Below are positions 48,542-56,988 of a DNA stretch of 64,000 bases, piece after piece. Both the position numbers and the translations under genes were made by a program. Each line of letters opens with the position of its first letter. The stretch's first letter is position 1. The notes under the pieces were generated by a model. It was not told the origin of the DNA and ran no database searches. It worked only from the letters and a program-made list of their open reading frames with translations. This DNA is from a virus, in UHGV virus genome UHGV-0057547. One strand, 5' to 3'.

Positions 48542-48542
48542 A

Positions 48543-49070
48543 TTATTCTTCTCCTTTATCTTCATTATAACTAAACACATCATTAAATCTATCTAAATCT
48601 AATAAATTATTTCTTTTCAAAACATTCAAAACGGCGATTATTCTGCAACTATTATCATTGCAATTTAAACATAAATCGTCTATTATACATTTACTACAAG
48701 AATCATAATCAATTGCATGTGTGACTTTATTGAAAAAATTTGCAAATGCTTTTTTTGAATGTTCTTTTTCTCGGACACAACAATATTCTTCAATTAATTG
48801 CTCTTTAGTTTTTCCACTGTTAGCTAATAAATAATTTAATAAATCATCTGCACTATATTCTACCAATTCAAGCATTTCAAAAGAAAAAGTAAGTGGATAA
48901 TATTTAGAATCAAGTATTTTACAAGTTCTATGTTTTTCATCTACATTTATAACAGTAAATATCATATTTTCAAATTGTTTCATACCATCTAAATAAACAA
49001 TTCCATCATAACATTCACCTACAATTAAACCACTTTTTAATCTAACTTTATCTCCATTTTTTATTTTCAT
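48543..49070 (-). CDS. Hypothetical protein with C-terminal Cys cluster
   Basis: 175 aa. CSKCIIDDLCLNCNDNSC. Confidence 0.4.
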   Translation of the reverse strand: MKIKNGDKVRLKSGLIVGECYDGIVYLDGMKQFENMIFTVINVDEKHRTCKILDSKYYPLTFSFEMLELVEYSADDLLNYLLANSGKTKEQLIEEYCCVREKEHSKKAFANFFNKVTHAIDYDSCSKCIIDDLCLNCNDNSCRIIAVLNVLKRNNLLDLDRFNDVFSYNEDKGEE

Positions 49071-49097
49071 AATATCATCTCCTAATTATTTTATTAT

Positions 49098-49481
49098 TTA
49101 TTCTTTATCATAACTACTCACATCTATTATTTCACCACAAACAGGACATCTTAATTCAACAATAGTTATCACATTTGTTGGTGTAACCGTATATACAAAA
49201 CTTTTATATCCTGTATCACATTTTTTGTAATGTTCGTGTATAAATTCATCTGCTCTTTTCTTTTGTACATCACTTAATGTGACTAAACTATTTCTTTTGT
49301 AAAACTCTAATTCTTCTCTTAATCTTGTTAATTCCTCATCTTTAAATTTTTCGTCTTTAACTTCTAAATATGCTTGTCTATAATCTTCTTTATCTTCTTG
49401 TAATAGGTTTATTAACGCTTCTAATTCTTTTAACGTATTTTTTATATCTTTCCCTCTAAGAACGGCTTTTCTCCAATTCAT
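49098..49481 (-). CDS. Hypothetical protein with C-terminal zinc ribbon
   Basis: 127 aa. CPVCGEII at the C-terminus. Preceded by the conserved leader element. Confidence 0.4.
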   Translation of the reverse strand: MNWRKAVLRGKDIKNTLKELEALINLLQEDKEDYRQAYLEVKDEKFKDEELTRLREELEFYKRNSLVTLSDVQKKRADEFIHEHYKKCDTGYKSFVYTVTPTNVITIVELRCPVCGEIIDVSSYDKE

Positions 49482-49585
49482 AATAATTCCTCCTTATTAA
49501 CAATAATATGAAAATACTAAACTATCATTTTCCGTTTCAATATTTATTCTTAAATTTCCCTATTCAACGTGTTCTTTTTCACTTT

Positions 49586-49650
49586 ATATAAGCTACTCAA
49601 GTTTTTATAACACTCCAAGGGCGTAAATTCGGATTTGAACATCCCTACAT
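49586..49650 (-). promoter_or_regulatory. Conserved structured 5'-leader element, copy A
   Basis: Core ACTCAAGTTT.TAT.A.ACTCC.AGGGCGTAAATTCGGA..TGAAC shared with 63010..63075. Lies between the promoter and the gene start. Confidence 0.45.
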
Positions 49651-49682
49651 ATCTATTGCTTTGTTTTTTTATTTCTTATTTA

Positions 49683-49716
49683 CTTATATTATACTATTAC
49701 TCTTATAGGATTTTTA
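49683..49716 (-). promoter_or_regulatory. Promoter repeat with degenerate -35
   Basis: TATAAT at 49688-49693 (minus); -35 region replaced (AAATCC). Confidence 0.35.
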
Positions 49717-50286
49717 TATATTTTCATAATAATTTAAAATTTCACCTAAGCAATAATCCAATTCTTCCCAATTGTCAACTCTAGTATGAACACTAGATTT
49801 TATATTTTTATTATGTGGTGCAGAAAACAATATTGTATATGCAAAAGGATGGTATTTCTTATAATTGTCTAAATTCCCTATATAATCATCTACTAATACA
49901 TCGGCTGATACAATATGCTTACAATCAGTATTTACAAATTTATCAAAATATTTATCTATTTCATATTTTCTTAATAATTCTATTTTCTTTTCAAAAGTAT
50001 TTTCTTCTTCAGTAGCAGAAACCAATATAAAATGTACACCTTTATTGTGATATTTTTCTAAGACATCTTTTATAATTTCACTTTTTATTTTCATCTCAAG
50101 TATAATGTTGGAGTCTTCTAATAATTGGAATAATCCATGTGTAAACTTTGTTCTATCTATTTTCCAATCGGTTACATCATTTTCAACAGTAAAATTTGTT
50201 CCATATTTCTCATTATATTTATCTACTAAAGTTGGTATAAAATTTATAAGAACATCATCATTATCTAAAGCTACAGTTAATTCCAT
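49714..50286 (-). CDS. 5'(3')-deoxyribonucleotidase (HAD superfamily, NT5C-like)
   Basis: N-terminal DxDxV motif ALDNDDVL. HAD-like downstream blocks. Confidence 0.65.
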   Translation of the reverse strand: MELTVALDNDDVLINFIPTLVDKYNEKYGTNFTVENDVTDWKIDRTKFTHGLFQLLEDSNIILEMKIKSEIIKDVLEKYHNKGVHFILVSATEEENTFEKKIELLRKYEIDKYFDKFVNTDCKHIVSADVLVDDYIGNLDNYKKYHPFAYTILFSAPHNKNIKSSVHTRVDNWEELDYCLGEILNYYENI

Positions 50287-50298
50287 ATTCTCACCCCA

Positions 50299-50718
50299 CT
50301 AATCAAATTTTTCCATTTCATAATCTAACAACATGAATTTTTCATTTGTAAGTTGTGGTAAATTCTTAATCCAATTACGTAATTCAGTCCATGTTAATAA
50401 TAGTAATTGTTCTTTTGTAAATAATTCAACTTCTTCTTTACTATAATATCTTCTTATTGTCATTAATTCACTATCATCAATAGTCCAATTATTTGGAATA
50501 TTTTTTGCATATACTTTCAATCTAAATCCACCTATGGTATTAAATTTTATATATGTTCCCATATGATATACACCATTATCTGTTTCAAAGAATTCTTTAA
50601 TATGTCCTTCACAACAGAAATCTGTAAAATATCCCATTTCATTTAATGCAATTATGTCGTCTACTATATTATCATCTAATTCAAATACTTTAGTTTCTTT
50701 AATTAACATATACATCAC
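50299..50718 (-). CDS. Hypothetical protein
   Basis: 139-aa ORF. Confidence 0.35.
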   Translation of the reverse strand: MMYMLIKETKVFELDDNIVDDIIALNEMGYFTDFCCEGHIKEFFETDNGVYHMGTYIKFNTIGGFRLKVYAKNIPNNWTIDDSELMTIRRYYSKEEVELFTKEQLLLLTWTELRNWIKNLPQLTNEKFMLLDYEMEKFD

Positions 50719-50729
50719 TCCCCTTATTT

Positions 50730-51035
50730 TTAATCTAAATATTTTGAATCTAAACTTTTCATTCTTCTCATTGGTAAGTCTTTGTATTTCTTTAATATTT
50801 CTTTATTAGACATTGGTTTTAAATACCATTCACCTAATTCCTCATCTTTTTCAGTTATCATTGTTATATTTCCAACTTTGTTGCATTCTACACAATACTT
50901 ACATAAAAAATAACCATTTATATCGCTAACATATACTAAACATTCTTTGTATTCGTGTTTATGATTTGATTTTTTAACTGTTTTATGTTTCTTCTTTTTA
51001 TATTTTGGTATTTCATTTTCATTATAATTTTTCAT
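50730..51035 (-). CDS. Small Cys-rich (zinc-finger) protein
   Basis: HKHEYKECLVYVSDINGYFLCKYCVECNKVG. Confidence 0.35.
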   Translation of the reverse strand: MKNYNENEIPKYKKKKHKTVKKSNHKHEYKECLVYVSDINGYFLCKYCVECNKVGNITMITEKDEELGEWYLKPMSNKEILKKYKDLPMRRMKSLDSKYLD

Positions 51036-51200
51036 TTATTTCACACCATCCTTTTTTATTATTCTTTCTAAATCATCAACTATTTGTGAATAGACTATCC
51101 ATTTTCCAAATTCTGTTTCAGTTTGAAAGTCTCTAAATCTTTCTTCTGTTTCAAATAAATTTTTCTTATATATTTCTAATAAGTTTTCTATTTCTTTATT
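51036..51200 (-). CDS. Micro-ORF (about 54 aa), coupled TAAATG to the next gene
   Basis: RBS GGAGAG. Product begins MNKEIENLLEIYKK. Confidence 0.3.
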   Translation of the reverse strand, partial: NKEIENLLEIYKKNLFETEERFRDFQTETEFGKWIVYSQIVDDLERIIKKDGVK

Positions 51201-51227
51201 CATTTATTTTTCTCTCCTTTATCTTAT

Positions 51228-51263
51228 TTACTTATATTATACCATTGATATTATTAAAAGTCA
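51228..51263 (-). promoter_or_regulatory. Consensus promoter repeat
   Basis: -10 at 51233-51238, -35 at 51256-51261. Confidence 0.55.
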
Positions 51264-51301
51264 ATAAGTATTTAATAAAAAAACTGAGAAAATTTTCTCA
51301 G

Positions 51302-51583
51302 TTATATTACTAAACAAAGTAATGCAAACATTATTATTATAATTACTATTATTATAAAAGTAATTGCTTTTGCAATAACATAAATTTGTTGATATAAAAA
51401 ATCATCATCTGTATTCATATTTATATCTTTTTCTTTACAATAATCTACAATTTCATCTGAGACTTTTTTATATAATTCACTTTCTTCACCATCTTTAAAT
51501 AGTTTTATGCAGGGCAATAAGAAAAAAAATATTAAATATGATGCAAAACAAATAAAACAAAATATTAATAAAAATTTTGGCAT
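51302..51583 (-). CDS. Small membrane protein
   Basis: Two hydrophobic helices flank an acidic middle; 93 aa. Confidence 0.35.
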   Translation of the reverse strand: MPKFLLIFCFICFASYLIFFFLLPCIKLFKDGEESELYKKVSDEIVDYCKEKDINMNTDDDFLYQQIYVIAKAITFIIIVIIIIMFALLCLVI

Positions 51584-51594
51584 ATAAACATCTC

Positions 51595-52686
51595 CTATTT
51601 ATTATAATTTTTATATTCTTTAATTAGCTTCTTTGTATAATTAAATAAACTATTCGAATCTTTTCTTTGTATTTCAACATCATACCATTCCATAGGTGTT
51701 CTTGAATAAAAATCCCCAAACCCTCCTGGTGCAACATGACCATTATGTACTCCCATACCTATTTCAGTACCATAATATATGCATATATCATTATTTTTAA
51801 AAGAGAACATTATTTCTAAAGCTTGTTTTATTTTATTAATATCATGATTAAAACTTACAGATATTCTCGTTTGGTCGTGATTGTCTAAAAATATAACAGA
51901 CCTTTCTTCATTATTGTCAATAACTAAATGTTGTTTATTTATAACTGTGTTTTTAACCCATCCAGCTTCCTGGAAGTTAAATGTCTTCATACCTGTTTCT
52001 TTTGCATACATATCACTTATTTCAAAACTATCCCATGCTTCTCCTACAATATATGCGTTAGGTTTTATTGAATAAACCATATTACAGAACCATTTCCAAA
52101 ATTCAATCTTATCACCACTTGCAAAAATAATAGCATCAAGTCTAAAACCATCTACCTTATGTTCTAATAACCAAAATCTAATTACACTTTCAATCATTTC
52201 TCTAACTTTTTCAGATTGATTATTAAGTTGTGGCATTTGCTCTGACCAAGGGGCTAGATACCATTTTTTATTACTATAGCAGTATTTCCATTGGTTATTT
52301 ATTTGAACATCAGACCAAAAGTAGCAGTCATTTTTTCCTTCTATACTCTCTTGAAATAATTTATGATGATATCCGGTATGACATAAAACTAAATCTAATA
52401 ATACTTCTAAACCATTTTCATGTGCCTTTTTAATAAAATTATCAAAATCTTCTAAAGTCCCATATTGTTCTCTAATTTTAAAATATGAATCTACAGAATA
52501 CCCATGTTCATTATCAGATGGATGAATAGGAGTTAACCATAAAGTTGTAACTCCCAATTCTACAAAATAAGGTATTTTTTCAGTTAAATCTTTAAAATCT
52601 CTACAAAATGATGGAAAATATATTTCATATATCACTCTTCTTTTTTTATTCATTTTTTTCTTCACACTCCTTGATATAATCTTCAT
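51595..52686 (-). CDS. Glycoside hydrolase family 13 (alpha-amylase superfamily catalytic domain)
   Basis: GH13 signature regions DLVLCH, GFRLDAI (nucleophile Asp), GEAW (acid/base Glu), FLDNHD. Confidence 0.7.
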   Translation of the reverse strand: MKIISRSVKKKMNKKRRVIYEIYFPSFCRDFKDLTEKIPYFVELGVTTLWLTPIHPSDNEHGYSVDSYFKIREQYGTLEDFDNFIKKAHENGLEVLLDLVLCHTGYHHKLFQESIEGKNDCYFWSDVQINNQWKYCYSNKKWYLAPWSEQMPQLNNQSEKVREMIESVIRFWLLEHKVDGFRLDAIIFASGDKIEFWKWFCNMVYSIKPNAYIVGEAWDSFEISDMYAKETGMKTFNFQEAGWVKNTVINKQHLVIDNNEERSVIFLDNHDQTRISVSFNHDINKIKQALEIMFSFKNNDICIYYGTEIGMGVHNGHVAPGGFGDFYSRTPMEWYDVEIQRKDSNSLFNYTKKLIKEYKNYNK

Positions 52687-54067
52687 AATACATCCATTTT
52701 AATTTTGTTCCATCTTTTAATTTACCAGCATGTTCTCTTTCACCATTACAACAACTAGAAATATTACTTTTTCCCATATTGAAATATTCTTCAGCTTCGC
52801 ATATAGAATCAAATTTTTTATCTATTGTTATACAATATACTTCTCGTGAACCATAATGATTACGACCTCTATTTTTATTATATCCTATCCTTTTACTTTC
52901 TTCTATTGTATAATCACATTTATCACATTCCACTCCTCTTTTTAGGAATTTTACAACAAGACTTCTATTTATTTTTAACATATCTCCTATTTTAACAACA
53001 TCATGTATTCCACTATTCCATAATTCCCAAGATTTAACACATAAGCTATTTTGACTTTCTTCCCATGCTAATTCCCAATCAATATTAGATAAATCAAAAC
53101 AATCACTAAGTTCTTTTATGATGTTTTCTTTTAACCAATTAAGTTCACTATATCTACAATCAATTGTAATATAATTATCAATATGATTTTTAGCACATTT
53201 ATATTTAAATAAGTCGTTCATTTTTGTTTCGTCTAATTTTCCCCAATTTCCTCCTGGTTGAACATAATGTTGTCCTCCATGTGTTTCTATTATCATATTT
53301 AAGCTAGGAATATAAAAATCATATTCATAATTATTACACCAAGTAAAATTTGTTTTTGATAAATGTAATATATAATCAATTTTCAATTGACTTAATATGT
53401 TTAGCATAAATTTTTCAGGTATGTTTATTCTATCTCCACATATATAACATGAATAACCTCTTTTTACTATATTAGACAAAAGTTTTTTATCTCGTGATAT
53501 TGCGTTACAATCTAAACATTTGAAATAAAACTTTCTATTACTATAACACGATATTTTATAACAATCTTCAAAAGTTAAGTTGTTTTTAGGTATCGCAATC
53601 ATCTTAGCTATTTTGGGATAGTTATAAGCTAAGGAATCCTTTGGATGAAGTTTATTTTGTTTTCTACAATAGCTACATCTATTTCCTTCATAAAAATGTG
53701 AGCAAGTAACACTGTATCCACCATAATCATTATGATAATCACATTTAAGACAATATAACCATATTTTCCTATTACTCCTTTTAGTAATCTGATAAGGATT
53801 AATTCCATTTTTATTATTTTTATCCCAATTCCAAATATCATTTATGTTTAATTTTAATTCTTTTTCTATATAATATCCTATAGTTTCTTCATATCTAATT
53901 GGATGTTTTACTGACCCATCTTTAAAATCTCTATAACTTCTATGCTTAATGATAACTCCATCTTCAAATTGAATACTTATATCTTGATTATTTATGTATT
54001 CTATTATAGTTATTTTCTCACCTTTTTTATTATAGTTGCTTTCTCCTACTCTATTTATTAAAGGCAT
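52646..54067 (-). CDS. Homing-endonuclease-like protein (Zn-ribbons + PD-(D/E)XK DUF559-like + C-terminal module), paralog of 30618..31898
   Basis: YDFYIPSLNMIIETHGGQHY. C-terminal ISSCCNGEREHAGKLKDGTKLKWMYY. Confidence 0.5.
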   Translation of the reverse strand: MPLINRVGESNYNKKGEKITIIEYINNQDISIQFEDGVIIKHRSYRDFKDGSVKHPIRYEETIGYYIEKELKLNINDIWNWDKNNKNGINPYQITKRSNRKIWLYCLKCDYHNDYGGYSVTCSHFYEGNRCSYCRKQNKLHPKDSLAYNYPKIAKMIAIPKNNLTFEDCYKISCYSNRKFYFKCLDCNAISRDKKLLSNIVKRGYSCYICGDRINIPEKFMLNILSQLKIDYILHLSKTNFTWCNNYEYDFYIPSLNMIIETHGGQHYVQPGGNWGKLDETKMNDLFKYKCAKNHIDNYITIDCRYSELNWLKENIIKELSDCFDLSNIDWELAWEESQNSLCVKSWELWNSGIHDVVKIGDMLKINRSLVVKFLKRGVECDKCDYTIEESKRIGYNKNRGRNHYGSREVYCITIDKKFDSICEAEEYFNMGKSNISSCCNGEREHAGKLKDGTKLKWMYYEDYIKECEEKNE

Positions 54068-54101
54068 TTATCATAATCGCTCCCTCCATTTATATTATTT
54101 A

Positions 54102-54137
54102 CTTATATTATACTATTACCATTATTAAAAGTCAACA
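54102..54137 (-). promoter_or_regulatory. Consensus promoter repeat
   Basis: -10 at 54107-54112, -35 at 54130-54135. Confidence 0.6.
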
Positions 54138-54147
54138 ATTATTAATA

Positions 54148-54182
54148 AAAAAATAGGAAGAAATTTATTCTTCCTATTTTTA
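54148..54182 (-). terminator. Repeated terminator hairpin AATAGGAAGAA/TTCTTCCTATT
   Basis: Identical to the hairpin at 59512-59542. Confidence 0.6.
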
Positions 54183-54183
54183 T

Positions 54184-54276
54184 TCATTTAAACAAATCAG
54201 TTACAGCAAGTATAAAAATAAATAAACATATTGCGCATAAAACAATCGCTATTATCATACCTAATGTTTGTAACAT
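54184..54276 (-). CDS. Hydrophobic micro-protein (30 aa), first of a tandem pair
   Basis: RBS AAGGAGAAT. Product MLQTLGMIIAIVLCAICLFIFILAVTDLFK. Confidence 0.45.
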   Translation of the reverse strand: MLQTLGMIIAIVLCAICLFIFILAVTDLFK

Positions 54277-54290
54277 CTTATTCTCCTTTA

Positions 54291-54383
54291 TTATCTAAAT
54301 ATTTCTGCTACACTAACTGCAAACATGAATAAACATCCAACACACAAAGCACTTACTACTATTGCACCTAATATTTGTAACAT
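54291..54383 (-). CDS. Hydrophobic micro-protein (30 aa), second of a tandem pair
   Basis: RBS GGAGATG. Product MLQILGAIVVSALCVGCLFMFAVSVAEIFR. Confidence 0.45.
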   Translation of the reverse strand: MLQILGAIVVSALCVGCLFMFAVSVAEIFR

Positions 54384-54404
54384 ATCAACATCTCCTTCGT
54401 ATCA

Positions 54405-54572
54405 TTAATCTTCATTGTCATAAATAAATACTTGAATAAAACAATTACAATTTTTACATTCATAGGAATACACCATTCCATCGTATCCTCTAATTCCTTC
54501 ATCATATAATGTTTTCTCATCTACTAATTTTAATTCTCCATCACAGTTTATACATCTTTTGTTATTATTCAT
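54405..54572 (-). CDS. Micro-ORF zinc-ribbon protein (about 55 aa)
   Basis: RBS GGAGAAG. Product MNNNKRCINCDGELKL...YECKNCNCF. Confidence 0.35.
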   Translation of the reverse strand: MNNNKRCINCDGELKLVDEKTLYDEGIRGYDGMVYSYECKNCNCFIQVFIYDNED

Positions 54573-54787
54573 TCTATCTTCTCCTATTTTGAAATTTTAT
54601 ATTATAACCTCCAATTATTTTTGTTGCTTATTATTTTCATAGTATTTATAGTATTTACATGAGTATGCTCTATGAACATCGTAATTAATATTATGACCAT
54701 CTATATAACACAAATTTTTTACACTATAAAAACAATCTTTACAATTTTTAGTATGTGTTAATTCTTTTTCTTCCATAATATCACCAC

Positions 54788-55207
54788 CTATAAATTAGTA
54801 CTATCATAACTACCAAATGCTTTTACTTTTAAAATCAAATAATCTACTTCTGTCATTTTCATTTTATCTAAATACATAGAATAAAATTTTGTATTATTAC
54901 CATCTACTAAATATGTCACTCTCATATCAGCTATTCTATTTTTATCTTTTAATAATACTTTACCATTTATTTCTACGAATTGATTTCCTTCACTATCTTT
55001 ATAATAAGTGTAATTTAATTTTTGTATATATTTACTATATGCTTTATCTAATGTTGTATCTTTATTTATATTAGATTTTATATTTTTTACTGAATTAATT
55101 GCATTTACTTTTTCTTCATGTTTTTTGTAACCTACAATACTAGTTACTAAAGTTAAAACTATCAATCCTAACCCTATATATTTTTTTATCTTTTTACTTA
55201 TTTTCAT
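54788..55207 (-). CDS. Secreted or membrane-anchored protein
   Basis: N-terminal signal-anchor KKYIGLGLIVLTLVTSIVG; 139 aa. Confidence 0.4.
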   Translation of the reverse strand: MKISKKIKKYIGLGLIVLTLVTSIVGYKKHEEKVNAINSVKNIKSNINKDTTLDKAYSKYIQKLNYTYYKDSEGNQFVEINGKVLLKDKNRIADMRVTYLVDGNNTKFYSMYLDKMKMTEVDYLILKVKAFGSYDSTNL

Positions 55208-55263
55208 TTACATCTCTCCTTTAATCACCACTTTCATAAAATTATTTATCATTTGTTTATTTA

Positions 55264-55299
55264 CTTATATTATACTATTGCTATTATTAAAAGTCAATG
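55264..55299 (-). promoter_or_regulatory. Consensus promoter repeat
   Basis: -10 at 55269-55274, -35 at 55292-55297. Confidence 0.6.
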
Positions 55300-55307
55300 A
55301 TTATTGT

Positions 55308-55342
55308 AAAAAAATAGAAAGAAAATTATTCTTTCTATTTTT
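55308..55342 (-). terminator. Terminator hairpin AATAGAAAGAAAA/TTCTTTCTATT
   Basis: Variant of the repeated hairpin, plus U-run. Confidence 0.55.
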
Positions 55343-55390
55343 ACTATTTTATTTTATAACATCTCAATCAATCATTTAACGTCACCTCTT

Positions 55391-56068
55391 TTAATATTTT
55401 ATAGCATTTTGCTTATTCATAAAGAAGTGTATTCCAGTTGAACATTCATTCCATCTATTCTCATCAAAATTATCTACTTTTACTATCTCTCCAACTTTAT
55501 ATATAAAATTAATATCATAGTCACTAGGGGTACTTTCTATTTTTTCACCAGTATCAATCTTTTCTATATCTAATACTTTAGCTTTATCACATCTACATTT
55601 AAGAGTTGTAGCACTATTTCTTTTGCTATCCTCCATTATTAGTAATTTAACAATATACTTTCCAACTTTCTTATACCCTATAAAACTACCTTCTTCAGGA
55701 CAAGCTAAATTATATCCTATAGTATACATATTTGTTTTAACATTATTTAAATTTGCATTATTTAAATTAGAGCTATATAAATTAGCATTATATAAACTAG
55801 CACCACTTAAATTAGCATTATATAAACTAGCACCACTTAAATTAGCACTATTTAAATTAGCACCACTTAAATCAACACCTCTTAAATTAGCACATCTTAA
55901 ATCGGCACTATTTAAATCGGCACTATTTAAATTAGCACATCTTAAATCAATATTATATAAATTAGCATATCTTAAATCAGCACCTCTTAAATTAGCACAT
56001 TCTCCACCTTCACCATTTAACCATAATTTATGATTTTTTAATATTTCATTTAATTTATTTATTTCCAT
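55391..56068 (-). CDS. Pentapeptide-repeat protein with C-terminal globular domain
   Basis: About 20 tandem A(N/D)LxxA(D/N)L pentapeptides (LRGADLRYANLYNIDLRCANLNSADL...) over residues 20-110. Confidence 0.7.
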   Translation of the reverse strand: MEINKLNEILKNHKLWLNGEGGECANLRGADLRYANLYNIDLRCANLNSADLNSADLRCANLRGVDLSGANLNSANLSGASLYNANLSGASLYNANLYSSNLNNANLNNVKTNMYTIGYNLACPEEGSFIGYKKVGKYIVKLLIMEDSKRNSATTLKCRCDKAKVLDIEKIDTGEKIESTPSDYDINFIYKVGEIVKVDNFDENRWNECSTGIHFFMNKQNAIKY

Positions 56069-56099
56069 TTAACATCTCTCCTTTTATTAATTTATTTAA

Positions 56100-56134
56100 T
56101 TATATTATACTATTGCCATCATTAAAAGTCAATT
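56100..56134 (-). promoter_or_regulatory. Consensus promoter repeat
   Basis: -10 at 56104-56109, -35 at 56127-56132. Confidence 0.6.
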
Positions 56135-56214
56135 AATTTTCATAAAAAACTTTATATAATTTATATGTTTCAATCAAATCACGCTTTGATAATATTTCTT
56201 GAGGTGAATGCATG

Positions 56215-56985
56215 CTAATCATCATATTCTATTTCATATTTACACATAGCGTTATATAGTTTTTGTGGTATGAGTTCTATATATTCATTAGCTATTTTTC
56301 GTATGACCGATTCTTTATATTGTTTATAAGCCTGAAATGCTTCTTCTTGTGTAGGATATGTTCCTATAGTAGTCCATTTTTTGTAACCATTACTACAATA
56401 TGCTTGATAATTTCCTGAAGGTAATACACGTACACCTAATGGCAGTTCTCCTCTATTTCTTTTGCTATTAACAAATAAACTATTTATAGTTTGAGGTACA
56501 AATACACAAGTATCAGGACTGTATATTTTATTATTTTTAACTAATATATCTTTATCTAATGCCATATTCTTGGCATTATCTATTTCATAATAATTCTCCT
56601 CAAACCATTGAGCAAATATTTGGAAATTGCACCATTCGCCACACACCGTACATCCTATGTATGATGGTTCTTTTTGTTGAAATTTTTTATAATAGCACCT
56701 TTTTAGCATATTGTTCCATGTATTATATGCTTTTTTACTATTTAAAGAAGAATATATTCCTTCTCCCATGTATCCATGTCCCCATAAACGTGCTTCATAA
56801 GGACATTTTATGTTTCCAATATTAAATTCTTTATAGTCCGAATTGTATTTTGTCCAATTATATTCAGGAAAATAAACATCCATACTTCTTGAATTTTTAT
56901 ATCTTGTTATTATCATGACACTTCCAAAATTATTAGTTTTTTCTTCTCCTGTTCTATCTATTTTAGCTACCATATTTTTATACAC
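56215..56985 (-). CDS. HNH-type homing endonuclease with AP2-like domain (paralog of 16991..17749)
   Basis: NFGSVMIITRYKN...NIKCPYEARLWGHGYMGEG. C-terminal GVRVLPSGNYQAYCSNGYKKWTTIGTYPTQEEAFQAY. Confidence 0.55.
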   Translation of the reverse strand: MYKNMVAKIDRTGEEKTNNFGSVMIITRYKNSRSMDVYFPEYNWTKYNSDYKEFNIGNIKCPYEARLWGHGYMGEGIYSSLNSKKAYNTWNNMLKRCYYKKFQQKEPSYIGCTVCGEWCNFQIFAQWFEENYYEIDNAKNMALDKDILVKNNKIYSPDTCVFVPQTINSLFVNSKRNRGELPLGVRVLPSGNYQAYCSNGYKKWTTIGTYPTQEEAFQAYKQYKESVIRKIANEYIELIPQKLYNAMCKYEIEYDD

Positions 56986-56988
56986 CTC

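Noticed and set aside
49586-49650. GTTCAAATCC in the conserved leader element looks like a tRNA T-loop, suggesting a tRNA or tmRNA-like gene
   Set aside because: No acceptor stem, D-arm or anticodon arm can be folded around it. The flanking pairing partner is GGAT/ATCC with a 6-nt loop, not a 5-bp stem with 7-nt loop. More likely a leader hairpin element.
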